Below, piece after piece: positions 8,799 through 18,648 of a stretch of 31,548 nucleotides of DNA; positions within the stretch are counted from its first letter, which is position 1, and every line of letters starts with the position of its first letter. The DNA is from a candidate division WOR-3 bacterium (GTDB taxonomy: Bacteria; Hydrothermota; Hydrothermia; Hydrothermales; Hydrothermaceae): assembly GCA_039803745.1 (NCBI GenBank), contig JBDRZD010000015.1, positions 1 to 31,548 on the forward strand, read 5' to 3'. The translations under genes and the position numbers were made by a program. The notes under the pieces were generated by a model. That model did no database searches, was not told where the DNA came from, and worked only from the letters and a program-made list of their open reading frames with translations.

Positions 8799-9868
8799 CT
8801 TATTATAAACCCTTTTATTTTTATATTTTGCCCTTTTAAAATATAATTTCCAGGGGTATTTTTAATATATAAACAACCTTTTCCGGAAACTGAAAAAGAA
8901 TTAGCAATTCTGCCTGTTATGTCATAAATAAAAATCTTGGTTTCTTTTTGATTGGGAAAAGAATAATAAATTCTATTATTAGAAAATTTTATGTATTCAT
9001 TATAAGTAAATTTTTTTTCTTCTACAGAAAGTTTAAGCCATTCTATTGCTGCATGAATCATATCTGCTCTTATGTTCAAATCACTTATAACTTCAAAACC
9101 AAGATTTGAATAAATAACTTTATATCTGCCTTTGTTTCTTTGAAAACCTACATTAATGGTATCTGTCATAGCAGAATCCATTGCCTTTAAATTACAAATG
9201 GCATCATAAGATAAAATATGGTCAAGCCAGCAAGGAACACCTTCTGAGTAAACTCCAACTCCACTAAAATATCCTGAAAAATTTTCAAATACAGTTCCTG
9301 AAACTCCTTGAAATATTCCACCAAAAGGATAGATGGTATCCTGATTAACATACTGAAGACCCAAATAATCATAGGGAAACTGTCCTGGATAAAAATTTCC
9401 TGCATTTGGATACCTATCGTAAAAATAATCCTGTGATGTAAAGATTAATTTTCCTTGAAGACTATCAAGATATATTGCAAGATTTTGCTCATCTTGTGGT
9501 TCTAAAGTTGACCAGTATGCTGAATTCCAGCATTCACCTGTATACCATATAACAACTTCATAATTTTTTAAAATACTTGTATCTGGCCCGGGACCATTTT
9601 GTTTTATCTCATATATGTCATATTGACCTGGATAATAAATATCAAGTGCCTCTTTAAAGTAAGATTGTAAATCAGGATAAAGGGTGTCTCCTTGAGGATT
9701 ATCATAATCTCCACCATCATCATCAATGAGAAGGATCCAGGAGGAAGGATTTTTTAAAACAATCTCACCAGTCCGAAGACCTGGAGAATAAGTATTTGCA
9801 GGCTTTTGATAATCTATAGTTTTATAAACTCCTGCATTGATACAAATTAAAATTATTATTTTTATCAT
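8795..9868 (-). CDS. Secreted protein of unknown function with T9SS type-A-like C-terminal domain
   Basis: Short hydrophobic N-terminus; ILLIDDDGG...YEVVIWYTG alpha/beta domain; SVEE...IYDITGR...PGNYIL tail. Confidence 0.7.
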   Translation of the reverse strand: MIKIIILICINAGVYKTIDYQKPANTYSPGLRTGEIVLKNPSSWILLIDDDGGDYDNPQGDTLYPDLQSYFKEALDIYYPGQYDIYEIKQNGPGPDTSILKNYEVVIWYTGECWNSAYWSTLEPQDEQNLAIYLDSLQGKLIFTSQDYFYDRYPNAGNFYPGQFPYDYLGLQYVNQDTIYPFGGIFQGVSGTVFENFSGYFSGVGVYSEGVPCWLDHILSYDAICNLKAMDSAMTDTINVGFQRNKGRYKVIYSNLGFEVISDLNIRADMIHAAIEWLKLSVEEKKFTYNEYIKFSNNRIYYSFPNQKETKIFIYDITGRIANSFSVSGKGCLYIKNTPGNYILKGQNIKIKGFIIR

Positions 9869-11511
9869 GGCAATCCTTTTAAATTAAAAATTTTCTTTAT
9901 CTTCCTTCTTTCCTTATCTATTATGAAATAGATCTCTGGTTTAAAATTCTTTAGACGATTTTTAACAAAAATTCTTCCTGTTTTATCAATCAAAATATTC
10001 CCCTTAAATTTTTGAATCTCAATAATTTCATAATTTTCTTTTAAAGATACAGGAATTATTGAAAATGCACTTGGAGTAATTGCAGTAACTGAATCATTTT
10101 GAACCTTTAAGGTATATCTTATATAACAATTATTTGAAGAATAATAGGATGGAATAATCCATTGATATCTTCCATTATCAGGTAAATTATTTGCAATTAA
10201 TTCCCAGGGACCATTTGGTCCTGATAAGGAAATTTCAAGTTTTACAATCCCCTGTCCCTGTGGAACAGCACTTATCCAGTCTATAAATCTAACAGAACCT
10301 GAACGAAATTTCTCACCACCTCTTGGATAAACAGGTTTTATTTGAATTTGTGATGGAATTGATGCTTCTTTAAAAAATTTAACTTTATTTATATAGGTGA
10401 ACCAGCTTCCAGAATCCGCAATTATAACTAAATCAGGAAATCCATTATGATCTGCATCCCTCCCGACCCTGAAAGCGGATAAATCTCCGGGTGAAGGAAG
10501 CGTAAGTCCTGTTTCATATGTCCAGTTTCCATTACCATCCCCAAGATATAATGAGAATGTCCCAGCGCCGTATGCACAAACATCCATATAACCATCCAGA
10601 TCCATGTCAAAAAGTTGAGTTGCCTGAAAATTTCCTGTTGAAGGTAAATTTCCAGAATAAGAAACCCATTGTCCTTGATTTTCATTATAACACCATACTT
10701 CTATACCACCATTTGTATTTATAAATGCTAAATCCATTCCTCCATCATTGTCAACATCTCCAAGTGAAACACCTCTTCTTCCTGATGAACCCCCTGGAGG
10801 TAAATTAAAATCAGCATTTACAAAATTCCCTTCTCCATTTCCAAAATAAACTGTTCCATATTGATGGGAAGCAACAAAATCTATATTTCCATCATTATTT
10901 ATATCTCCGAAAACAAAATGCATATCTGAATTTCCACCAAGAAAACCAAATGTCCTTGTCCATGTTCCATTACCATTATTTTTATAAATATGGATTCCAT
11001 CACAGCAACCAAAGGAAACAGAACCTATATCTAAAAGTCCATCATTATTTATATCTGCAAAATCAGTGCTAAACATTCCCCATGATTGTCCTTCATCTGC
11101 TAAGGAATCATCCCAGGGAACCCAGTTCATTCCTGTTCCATCTCCAAGTGCCACTTCTATTAATTGATCCCCAAAATCATTATTTGAATAATTGTGATGC
11201 ATTGCATAGCCTGCATCTTTATGTCCATCATTATTCACATCACCTATTGCAATCCCACCATATCCAAAATTACCATTCATATAGTTTTGCCAATTACCAT
11301 AACCATCTCCAAAATAAACCATTATTCCATGTTCCTGTGTATTTACATAAGGAGAACCATGATCTCCTATTGTTAAAAGGTCAATTTTCCCATCATTATT
11401 TATATCCTCCATTTCAATTTCTGTTCTACCCTCTTCCCACTGAGGATAGGAAAGACCATTTGAAGAAAGAATATATGAAAGAGAAAATAAAAAATAAATA
11501 AGAGCATTCAT
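9865..11511 (-). CDS. FG-GAP/VCBS-repeat beta-propeller protein with Ig-like domain and short CTD-like tail
   Basis: Seven DxNxDGxxD-type repeats (DINNDGKID, DVNNDGHKD, DINNDGLLD, DINNDGNID, DVDNDGGMD, DMDLDGYMD, DADHNGFPD); YPRGGE...W module; SD GGAGGTG. Confidence 0.88.
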   Translation of the reverse strand: MNALIYFLFSLSYILSSNGLSYPQWEEGRTEIEMEDINNDGKIDLLTIGDHGSPYVNTQEHGIMVYFGDGYGNWQNYMNGNFGYGGIAIGDVNNDGHKDAGYAMHHNYSNNDFGDQLIEVALGDGTGMNWVPWDDSLADEGQSWGMFSTDFADINNDGLLDIGSVSFGCCDGIHIYKNNGNGTWTRTFGFLGGNSDMHFVFGDINNDGNIDFVASHQYGTVYFGNGEGNFVNADFNLPPGGSSGRRGVSLGDVDNDGGMDLAFINTNGGIEVWCYNENQGQWVSYSGNLPSTGNFQATQLFDMDLDGYMDVCAYGAGTFSLYLGDGNGNWTYETGLTLPSPGDLSAFRVGRDADHNGFPDLVIIADSGSWFTYINKVKFFKEASIPSQIQIKPVYPRGGEKFRSGSVRFIDWISAVPQGQGIVKLEISLSGPNGPWELIANNLPDNGRYQWIIPSYYSSNNCYIRYTLKVQNDSVTAITPSAFSIIPVSLKENYEIIEIQKFKGNILIDKTGRIFVKNRLKNFKPEIYFIIDKERRKIKKIFNLKGLP

Positions 11512-11520
11512 AACACCTCC

Positions 11521-11751
11521 TTAATTTTTATTTAAAATACTCTCTTTAATTTTCATTGGAATTATATTTGAATAAATTAAAACAATTGTCTTGTCTTTTA
11601 AAAATATAAATTTTCCAATAACATTTCTAACTTTATTGTAAATGTATTCAATTTTTTTTCTTCTTGTTATATATCTTTGTGGAATAAAAGGAATATATGA
11701 AGTGTTTAATAAAAATATTATTAAAAATGAACTAAAAATTTTTTTTAACAT
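11521..11751 (-). CDS. Possible small hypothetical protein (76 aa, hydrophobic N-terminus)
   Basis: AGGAG shortly before the ATG, overlaps the rimO stop, and fills the gap to the next gene's SD. No recognisable motif; extremely AT-rich. Confidence 0.3.
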   Translation of the reverse strand: MLKKIFSSFLIIFLLNTSYIPFIPQRYITRRKKIEYIYNKVRNVIGKFIFLKDKTIVLIYSNIIPMKIKESILNKN

Positions 11752-12971
11752 ATTTCTCCTAAAAGGTCAAAATTCCTTTTCATATTTTTTATTTTTAAAG
11801 TATAAAAGTTTGGAATTTCAATCTTGTTAATTTTTTTTGCATAAACTTCAAAATCAATTTCAGGAGCATCAAATTCAGTTCTCCCCTTATAAAATTTTCC
11901 ATCTTTTTCATTTATTAAAACTTTTAATCTTTTATTTAATAGTCTTTTTTGACTTTCCTTCATCAATTCCATTGCAACTTTTTGAGCCTCTTCAAATCTT
12001 TCACTTAAGATTTTCTCGGGAATCTTTTGTTTCAAATTTTTCTCATCATAGTATTTAAAAATCGCAATTCTATTTATCTTGTAATATTTTAAACCATTTA
12101 AAAGTTCCTCAAAATCCCTATCAGTTTCAGATGGGAAGCCAACCATTACTTCAGTTCTTATATAAAAATCATCAGAGAAGTTATTCCTTATCATTTCAAG
12201 GGCATTCAAAACCTTCTTTTTACCACCTCTTCTTCTCATTTCTTTTAAAACATTTTCCGAAAAATGCTGAATAGGTATGTCCATATACTTTACAATTTTT
12301 TCAGAATTTTTAATAATTTTAACAATTTCTTCATCAATATCTGCTGGATGCATATACATCATCCTGACCCAGAAATCCCCATTTATTTTTTCAATTTTCT
12401 TTAAAAGATTTTTAAAATAAGGTTTTTTATATATATCTATTCCATATTGACCTGTTGATTGAGAAATAAGAATTATTTCTTTAAAACCATTATTTATTAA
12501 AAATTTAATTTCACTTAATATATCATCAATTTCCCTGCTTCTTAAATTTCCTCTTATACAAGGGATTACACAAAAGGAGCATCTTTCATTACAGCCTTCA
12601 GAGATTTTAACATAGCAAAAGCCTTTTGTGAGTAAAAATCTGGGAGTAGAGGGAATAATCTCATCTTTTTTTAAGTTTTTTATTACTAAATCAATTTCAG
12701 GAAAAATCTTCTTAATATTTTTAAATCTTAAAGGCAGACAACCCCCCACACCTATAAATTTTATTTCTCCTTTCTTTTTTTTATTTATATATTCTTTAAT
12801 GACTTTTGTGCTTTCTTCTATTGCAGGTTTTATGAATGCACATGTTTGAATAAATACATGGTCTCCATCATCTCCATATTCAAAACCCTTTTCTAAAAGA
12901 AAGCCACATAAATGCTCGGTATCAACAAAATTTTTTGGACAACCAAGAAATACAATTTTAAATTTTCTCAA
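11745..12971 (-). CDS. rimO: Ribosomal protein S12 methylthiotransferase (MiaB/RimO family)
   Basis: LGCPKN..D, TCAFI, GGCL; radical SAM CNERCSFC; YMDIPIQH; GRTEFDAPEID TRAM end; TTG start in a TTGA overlap with cheD. Confidence 0.88.
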   Translation of the reverse strand: MRKFKIVFLGCPKNFVDTEHLCGFLLEKGFEYGDDGDHVFIQTCAFIKPAIEESTKVIKEYINKKKKGEIKFIGVGGCLPLRFKNIKKIFPEIDLVIKNLKKDEIIPSTPRFLLTKGFCYVKISEGCNERCSFCVIPCIRGNLRSREIDDILSEIKFLINNGFKEIILISQSTGQYGIDIYKKPYFKNLLKKIEKINGDFWVRMMYMHPADIDEEIVKIIKNSEKIVKYMDIPIQHFSENVLKEMRRRGGKKKVLNALEMIRNNFSDDFYIRTEVMVGFPSETDRDFEELLNGLKYYKINRIAIFKYYDEKNLKQKIPEKILSERFEEAQKVAMELMKESQKRLLNKRLKVLINEKDGKFYKGRTEFDAPEIDFEVYAKKINKIEIPNFYTLKIKNMKRNFDLLGEIC

Positions 12972-13447
12972 ATTATCTTTGGATTTGTTTTATATGAGGT
13001 AACAAGAATTTCTCCTGTCTCGGCATCAAACTCTACACTCCTTCCATAATCCATTCCCACATCTTCACCCACTATTTTTATACCAAGTTCTGTCAAAACC
13101 TCTCTTGCTTCAAGAATATTTCTTTCACCAACACTCCAAGGACCTTTAAATCCAGGAATTGTAAAAATTCTTGCTCCCCCTACAATCTTTGCAACCATAT
13201 CCTCCCTTTTACATCCCATTTTTTCCATTTCTTCTAAAAGTTTATATATTGCAGTATTTACGAATTTATAAGGATTTGAAGGATTTTCTTCTCTTGCTCT
13301 TGGAAGCATAGAATGGGCGAAACCACCTATTTTCTTATTCTTATCATAAATAACTATAACAAGACAAGAACCAATTCCAATAGCCCCAAGTTTTTTCTTT
13401 CCATTTACAACTTTACCTTCTCCTATCCCTATAAATTCTATAGTCAT
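12968..13447 (-). CDS. cheD: CheD-family glutamine deamidase
   Basis: GIGSC (catalytic Cys), GGFAHSMLP (His), AKIVGGA.IF, VGERN, EDVG...GRSVEF. Confidence 0.92.
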   Translation of the reverse strand: MTIEFIGIGEGKVVNGKKKLGAIGIGSCLVIVIYDKNKKIGGFAHSMLPRAREENPSNPYKFVNTAIYKLLEEMEKMGCKREDMVAKIVGGARIFTIPGFKGPWSVGERNILEAREVLTELGIKIVGEDVGMDYGRSVEFDAETGEILVTSYKTNPKII

Positions 13448-14268
13448 TTTCCCTCTTTATATTTTTCAAGAGCCTCTTTTGCTTCCAAAAACTCCGGATC
13501 AATCTCAATAACTTCTTTCCAAATTTCAAAAGCCTTTTCTATCTCTCCACTTTTATAATAGGCAAGCCCAAGATGATATAGAATTTCGGGGAAATCTCTT
13601 GAAAATTTTAACCCTCTTTCAAATATTTCAATTGCCTTTTCGTATTTACCTTCTTCATAATAGATAAGCCCAAGATTATTATAAACCTCTTTTGCAGTAA
13701 TTCCCTTTTCAATTAAATTTTCAAAAATTTCTTTTGCTTTTTCTCTTTCACCCTTTTTAAATAATATAACTCCTTCAAGAATTTTAAATGGAACATCTTT
13801 TTTATCCTCTTCTATCTTATTAATTTCTTCATATGCTAAATCATATTCACCTCTTGATAATAGAAAAAATATTTTTTCATATATTGTTGAAAGTCTTATT
13901 TCCTGGAAGAGTTTTTCATAATAGGAAGTTCTATTTTTAAATTCCTCACCTATATTTTTTATTTCATCAAGTGCTTTTTCAAATTTTAATAAAATTTCAT
14001 TTACCTTGCTAAAATATTCCCTGTCATATTTTTGGGTTTCTTCTTTTAAGAGTAAAAATTCGCCTCTTAGATCCTGGATATTTTTTTCAATAGAGGAAAC
14101 TATCTTTGTACTTATCAAGTTTAAAGAGGTTTTATCCATAAAGGTGCATACATCTTTATTCCAGAAAGAGCATTTTTCTAAAACACAAGAAACTTCATAA
14201 ATCTTTGGAATTTTTTTACCCTCTTTTTCTTCAAATGCAACCACTGAGAGAATAGGACACATTTTCAT
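13444..14268 (-). CDS. TPR protein with N-terminal four-Cys motif and coiled-coil-like linker
   Basis: C4-P...C28-x4-C33-x2-W-x4-C41; C-terminal TPRs (VYNNLGLIYYEEGKYEKA, ILYHLGLAYYKSGEIEKA...IDP). Confidence 0.85.
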   Translation of the reverse strand: MKMCPILSVVAFEEKEGKKIPKIYEVSCVLEKCSFWNKDVCTFMDKTSLNLISTKIVSSIEKNIQDLRGEFLLLKEETQKYDREYFSKVNEILLKFEKALDEIKNIGEEFKNRTSYYEKLFQEIRLSTIYEKIFFLLSRGEYDLAYEEINKIEEDKKDVPFKILEGVILFKKGEREKAKEIFENLIEKGITAKEVYNNLGLIYYEEGKYEKAIEIFERGLKFSRDFPEILYHLGLAYYKSGEIEKAFEIWKEVIEIDPEFLEAKEALEKYKEGK

Positions 14269-17200
14269 CTTAATACCTCCATTTTCAAAATAAGTGGTTT
14301 TTCATATAGCTTTCTTTTTAAATAGTTTATTCTTTTTAAAACTCTATCACTTACTCCTTTTCTTTTTCTAAAGCTCTCTAAAATTTCTAATGCTTGCATA
14401 ATTTTCCCTTTTTTCTCATAAATCCTTGAAATAAAAAGAACATCTTCCTCATTTTTAATCTCTATTCTTGTCTCTTCATATTTTTTTCTCTTAATCATAA
14501 AATCATTATAAACCTCATCCCATAAAAGGGCTACTTCTTTTTTATCTGAATTTTCTATGAGAATTTTATAAAATTCCTCTCCTTCAATTTCAAAATCGTT
14601 TTTTAGTGAAAGATAATATTTTATTTTATCACGAACCTTTTTCTCCTCCTTCATAATTTTCTCAAAAATTTTAATTATACTCTTTCTTTTTTCTTTTAAA
14701 AGAACATCCCAAAATATTTTACAAACTTCTTTTTCATAAGGCAATTCTTCTAAAAGGCTTATTAAATATTCCTCCTTTTTAATTATATAATCATAAGGCA
14801 ATTTCACAAGTATTTCTTTAAACCTTTCTGCATCTTTTTTAATGGAACAAACCTTTAAAAGAATATCTTCATTCCCTTTATAATTTTTAATCTCTTCAAA
14901 AATTTCATATATTTTATCATTAAATTGAGGCAAACTTTTTTCAAGAAAGAAAAAGCCTCTTTGGTCTCCAAGTCTTAAAAGTAAAATACCTAAATAAAAG
15001 TTATAAGATTTTTCCTCTTTATAGTCTTCTTCAAGTTCGATAAAGAATTTCCTAAATTCTTTTAGAATTTCTTTATCTTCTGGAATACCATAATTTTTAA
15101 TATATTCCATTATTTTTTCCTTTTTGTTTAAATAAAGATAAATTTTAAAAAGAAATAACATTGATTCCCATAAAGCAAGCCCTTTTTTTATTCCCCTTTC
15201 AAGTAAATTTATGATTTTTCCCATTAAATATTCAGGAATTTCTTCAGGAAATGCAAATTTTTTAATATATTTAATATAATCTTCTTCTCCTTTATGAAAA
15301 GAAATTAAAGCCTTTAAAAATACTCTATAAGGTTTTTCTTCTTTATCTAAAAACTTAAAAAACTCTGTGAGTTCTAAGGCTTCTTTAAAATTCTCAATTA
15401 TATTTTCAATTTCTTCATATCCTTCAATTTCCTTCCCTGAAATAATCTTAATCCCTGACTTAGCAATTTTAACTCCAATGTCTTCTGGAAATTGAGATTC
15501 TATTCCTACAAGCATATTTTTTATTCTCTCACAAAGTGAAGGATTTAATAGGGCTAAATTAAAGTAAGACATTGCTGCTTTAGAAGGTTTACCTTCTAAA
15601 ATATATAATGTTCCAAGTGTCTGGTATATGAAAGCATTTTCTTCCCCTTTATTTATTTTTTCTTCAAAAAATCTTATAAGACTTTTAGGATTGAATATAT
15701 ATTTTTCAGCAAAAAGTTTTTTTATCACCTCTTTTGCTTCTTTTGCATTCCCTGTTTCCCATAGAGCCTGCGCATAAAGGGAGAGAATTTCACCTTTTAT
15801 ATTCCTATCTTTTATTTCAAGGAGTTTTTCAGCAAATTTTAAAGCAGGTTCATAATATTTCTGCATTATCAAAATCTCAAGATAAGGCACTCCTAAATAA
15901 ACGTTTTTTTCCTTTTCCATTTTATTTCTTAAAAATGCTGCAACATCTTTTAGAATAGCAGGCTCCTCTCTTAAAGCAAAAAATAAATAGGAAGAGCCTT
16001 CTTCTATCTTCCCATCTTCAATAAGAATTTTTCCTTTCAGAAATTTTATATAAGGAGAAGAAATTTTTTCCTCAATCTCCAAAACCCTTTTCCTCACCCA
16101 TTTTATCCCATCCTTAAATGCTTTATAATAATAATTTTCTGCATCCTTAAAATACTCCTTTTTAATACATAGTTCAGCCTTTAATAGATTAAGAATATTA
16201 TCAGGTAATTCTTCTCTTTCACTCACATATCTTATATCATCTAAAATTTCTTCTATAAATTCTTTTTTCCTTTCACCAAGGTCTTCAAGAAAAACGATTA
16301 TTTCATTTTTTAAATCTGAAAAATTTTTAAAATAATTTAATAAAATTTCTTCTCCCTCCTTTTTATCCTGAATATTGATTTCATACATCACTTCATAAAA
16401 AAGAGGATAATATGAAAGAAATTCTTTATTTTTTTCAATAAAAGATTTTAATTCAAAAGATAAATCTTCTTTGAAGTTTCTCAGAATATAACTTGTAACA
16501 GCTAATCCCTCTTCAAACTTTTTTGTTTTAAATAAAGAAAGGGCAAATATTTCAAGTAATTTTTTATCCTCTGGAATCTCTTCAATAACTTCATTCATTA
16601 CATCTGAAAAACTTGGTAAATTCAAAATACGAGGTTCATGAAGGCATATTTCTTCAATTATATTCCCCTTTTCTTTTATATTTTTCAAACTCTCAATAAA
16701 CTTTCTTAAAGCACTTTCTTCAATTTCTTCTTTTATTACTTCCTTTGCATCATCAAGAAATTCATAAATCATTTCAGGGAAGTTTTTTGAGGCAAAGTAA
16801 AGGATATCTATTATTTTAAATTTTAAACCTGCCTCTTTAAAATAATTTATATACTTTTTTAAAACTTCCTTTTCAAAGAATAATCTTTCTATTTCTATCT
16901 TATCAAGAAATTTCTGAACATCTTCCTTTTCAATTCCTTCAAGAAATGGTGGAAGGTCTTTATAATTTTTTTCTTTTAAGAGAATTTTAATATAAAATTT
17001 TTTGCCTTCTTTTGTCTCTGGAATTTTTTCTGAAAATATTTCCTTTATTTTTTCTAAATAATTTTCATCTTGTTCTAAAACCCTTTCAAGAATTAGAACA
17101 CCCTTTTTTTCGTCTTCGAAAAGATAAAATAGTTCACCTATTATAAAATTGGCAAATATCCTATTCTTACCATATCTTGTTTCCTCTTCAATAACTTCTA

Positions 17201-17765
17201 TTATTTCATCCCTTGCTTCAGGAAATAGTGCATAAGATTCTTTTAAAGCATCCCTTGAATTTTCATAATTCCCGTATTCCCATTCAATTATTGATAGTAT
17301 TAATAAACCCCTTAAAAGACCTTTTGTAGGCTTTTCAACTTCTTTTTTATAAATTTCATCAACAAATTTCTTATACCTTTCCCTTATACTTTCTATCTCT
17401 TTTCTATCAAGATTCTTAAAAAATTCTTTTGCCTCCTTAACTTTAAATTCTTCAACAAGTATTTCAAAATAATGTTCTCTATGCTTTTCTAAACCTGTTC
17501 TTGAGAGATTCTCAATTAGAATTCTTTCTGCCTCATTCTTTGCCTCTTTACTCTTTATAGCCTTTTGAAAATATACAAAACTGTCCCTTTCTTTTCCTGC
17601 ATAAATAGAATATTCAAAGGCTTTTAAATTTAAAAAGGGGTGTTCTGGATGGGATTTCAAAGACCTTAAAATCAAACTCAAAGCCCTGTCAGGTCTACCT
17701 GCATTCTTTAACTCCTCTGCCTTTTTTATAGTTTTATCAGGATCAAAAACTATAAAATCAAACAT
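14265..17765 (-). CDS. Giant TPR-like alpha-solenoid protein (~1166 aa)
   Basis: All-helical with degenerate TPRs (IYQTLGTLYILEGKPSKAA, LYAQALWETGNAKEA). Start moved to ATG 17765, which forms a TAATG overlap with the secF stop and follows AAGGGG. Confidence 0.75.
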   Translation of the reverse strand: MFDFIVFDPDKTIKKAEELKNAGRPDRALSLILRSLKSHPEHPFLNLKAFEYSIYAGKERDSFVYFQKAIKSKEAKNEAERILIENLSRTGLEKHREHYFEILVEEFKVKEAKEFFKNLDRKEIESIRERYKKFVDEIYKKEVEKPTKGLLRGLLILSIIEWEYGNYENSRDALKESYALFPEARDEIIEVIEEETRYGKNRIFANFIIGELFYLFEDEKKGVLILERVLEQDENYLEKIKEIFSEKIPETKEGKKFYIKILLKEKNYKDLPPFLEGIEKEDVQKFLDKIEIERLFFEKEVLKKYINYFKEAGLKFKIIDILYFASKNFPEMIYEFLDDAKEVIKEEIEESALRKFIESLKNIKEKGNIIEEICLHEPRILNLPSFSDVMNEVIEEIPEDKKLLEIFALSLFKTKKFEEGLAVTSYILRNFKEDLSFELKSFIEKNKEFLSYYPLFYEVMYEINIQDKKEGEEILLNYFKNFSDLKNEIIVFLEDLGERKKEFIEEILDDIRYVSEREELPDNILNLLKAELCIKKEYFKDAENYYYKAFKDGIKWVRKRVLEIEEKISSPYIKFLKGKILIEDGKIEEGSSYLFFALREEPAILKDVAAFLRNKMEKEKNVYLGVPYLEILIMQKYYEPALKFAEKLLEIKDRNIKGEILSLYAQALWETGNAKEAKEVIKKLFAEKYIFNPKSLIRFFEEKINKGEENAFIYQTLGTLYILEGKPSKAAMSYFNLALLNPSLCERIKNMLVGIESQFPEDIGVKIAKSGIKIISGKEIEGYEEIENIIENFKEALELTEFFKFLDKEEKPYRVFLKALISFHKGEEDYIKYIKKFAFPEEIPEYLMGKIINLLERGIKKGLALWESMLFLFKIYLYLNKKEKIMEYIKNYGIPEDKEILKEFRKFFIELEEDYKEEKSYNFYLGILLLRLGDQRGFFFLEKSLPQFNDKIYEIFEEIKNYKGNEDILLKVCSIKKDAERFKEILVKLPYDYIIKKEEYLISLLEELPYEKEVCKIFWDVLLKEKRKSIIKIFEKIMKEEKKVRDKIKYYLSLKNDFEIEGEEFYKILIENSDKKEVALLWDEVYNDFMIKRKKYEETRIEIKNEEDVLFISRIYEKKGKIMQALEILESFRKRKGVSDRVLKRINYLKRKLYEKPLILKMEVLR

Positions 17766-18637
17766 TATCCCCTTTTCCTTTTTCTTTCCCAATCACAAAC
17801 AAGTGCTGCAACAATAAAAATTGAAGAGTAAGTTCCAACAATAATTCCTATAAAAAGGGCTAAAGAAAAATCCCTTAAAACAGGACCACCAAGTAAAAGA
17901 AGAGAAATAACAACAAATAAAGTAGTTCCTGATGTTATAATTGTTCTTGATAATGTTTGATTAATGCTTTTATTTGCAATTTCCAGAAAACTCCCCTTCA
18001 TCTTTTTCAAATTTTCTCTTATCCTATCCGAAACAATTATTGAATCATTTATTGAATAACCAACTATTGTTAAAAGAGCAGCAATTAATGGTATTGTAAT
18101 CTCCCTTCCAAGAAAAACCATTATACCAAGAGTTATTAAGACATCATGAAAAAGTGCAACAACTGCTGCAATCCCAAATTTAAAGTTAAACCTTAAAGCA
18201 ATGTAAATAAGCATTAAAACCATTCCAATAAAAACCGCCTCTAAAGCCTTATACTGAAGTTCTTTACCAACCCTTGGTCCGACATTCTCTGTCCTTTCAA
18301 CAATAACTTCTTCATCCAGACCTTTTTTAAAGTTCTCAACAATAACATCCGGATCAATTCTTTCAGAATATTTTATTAAGTATTCTTTTTCAGAACCATA
18401 TTTTTGTATCTCGGCACTTTTTATCCCAATTTTTATTATTTCATTTCTAATTTTTTCAGGAGAAATTATTTTTTGAAATTTTATCTGAACAATTGTTCCA
18501 CCTGTGAAATCTATACCATATTTTGGTCCTTTTATAAAAAGAACAAGAATACTTAAGATAACAAGGAAAAGAGAGATTGGATAAGTAAAAAATCTTTTTC
18601 CAAGAAAATCTATATTTGTGGATTTAAAAAATCTCAT
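17765..18637 (-). CDS. secF: Protein translocase subunit SecF
   Basis: GIDFTGG, VGPRVG, ALFHD, GYSINDSIIVSDRIRE, TLSRT, GTYSSIF. Confidence 0.98.
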   Translation of the reverse strand: MRFFKSTNIDFLGKRFFTYPISLFLVILSILVLFIKGPKYGIDFTGGTIVQIKFQKIISPEKIRNEIIKIGIKSAEIQKYGSEKEYLIKYSERIDPDVIVENFKKGLDEEVIVERTENVGPRVGKELQYKALEAVFIGMVLMLIYIALRFNFKFGIAAVVALFHDVLITLGIMVFLGREITIPLIAALLTIVGYSINDSIIVSDRIRENLKKMKGSFLEIANKSINQTLSRTIITSGTTLFVVISLLLLGGPVLRDFSLALFIGIIVGTYSSIFIVAALVCDWERKRKRG

Positions 18638-18648
18638 TTTTTACTCCT

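Noticed and set aside
8795..8850. -1 frameshift at T TTA AAA fusing the secreted protein to FolK
   Set aside because: Such heptamers are common in AT-rich DNA, and fusing a cytoplasmic enzyme to an exported protein is implausible; the ATA start is simpler.
17766..17792. Track start of the giant TPR protein at 17792
   Set aside because: It would overlap secF by 28 bp; ATG 17765 gives a canonical TAATG overlap with an SD-like sequence.
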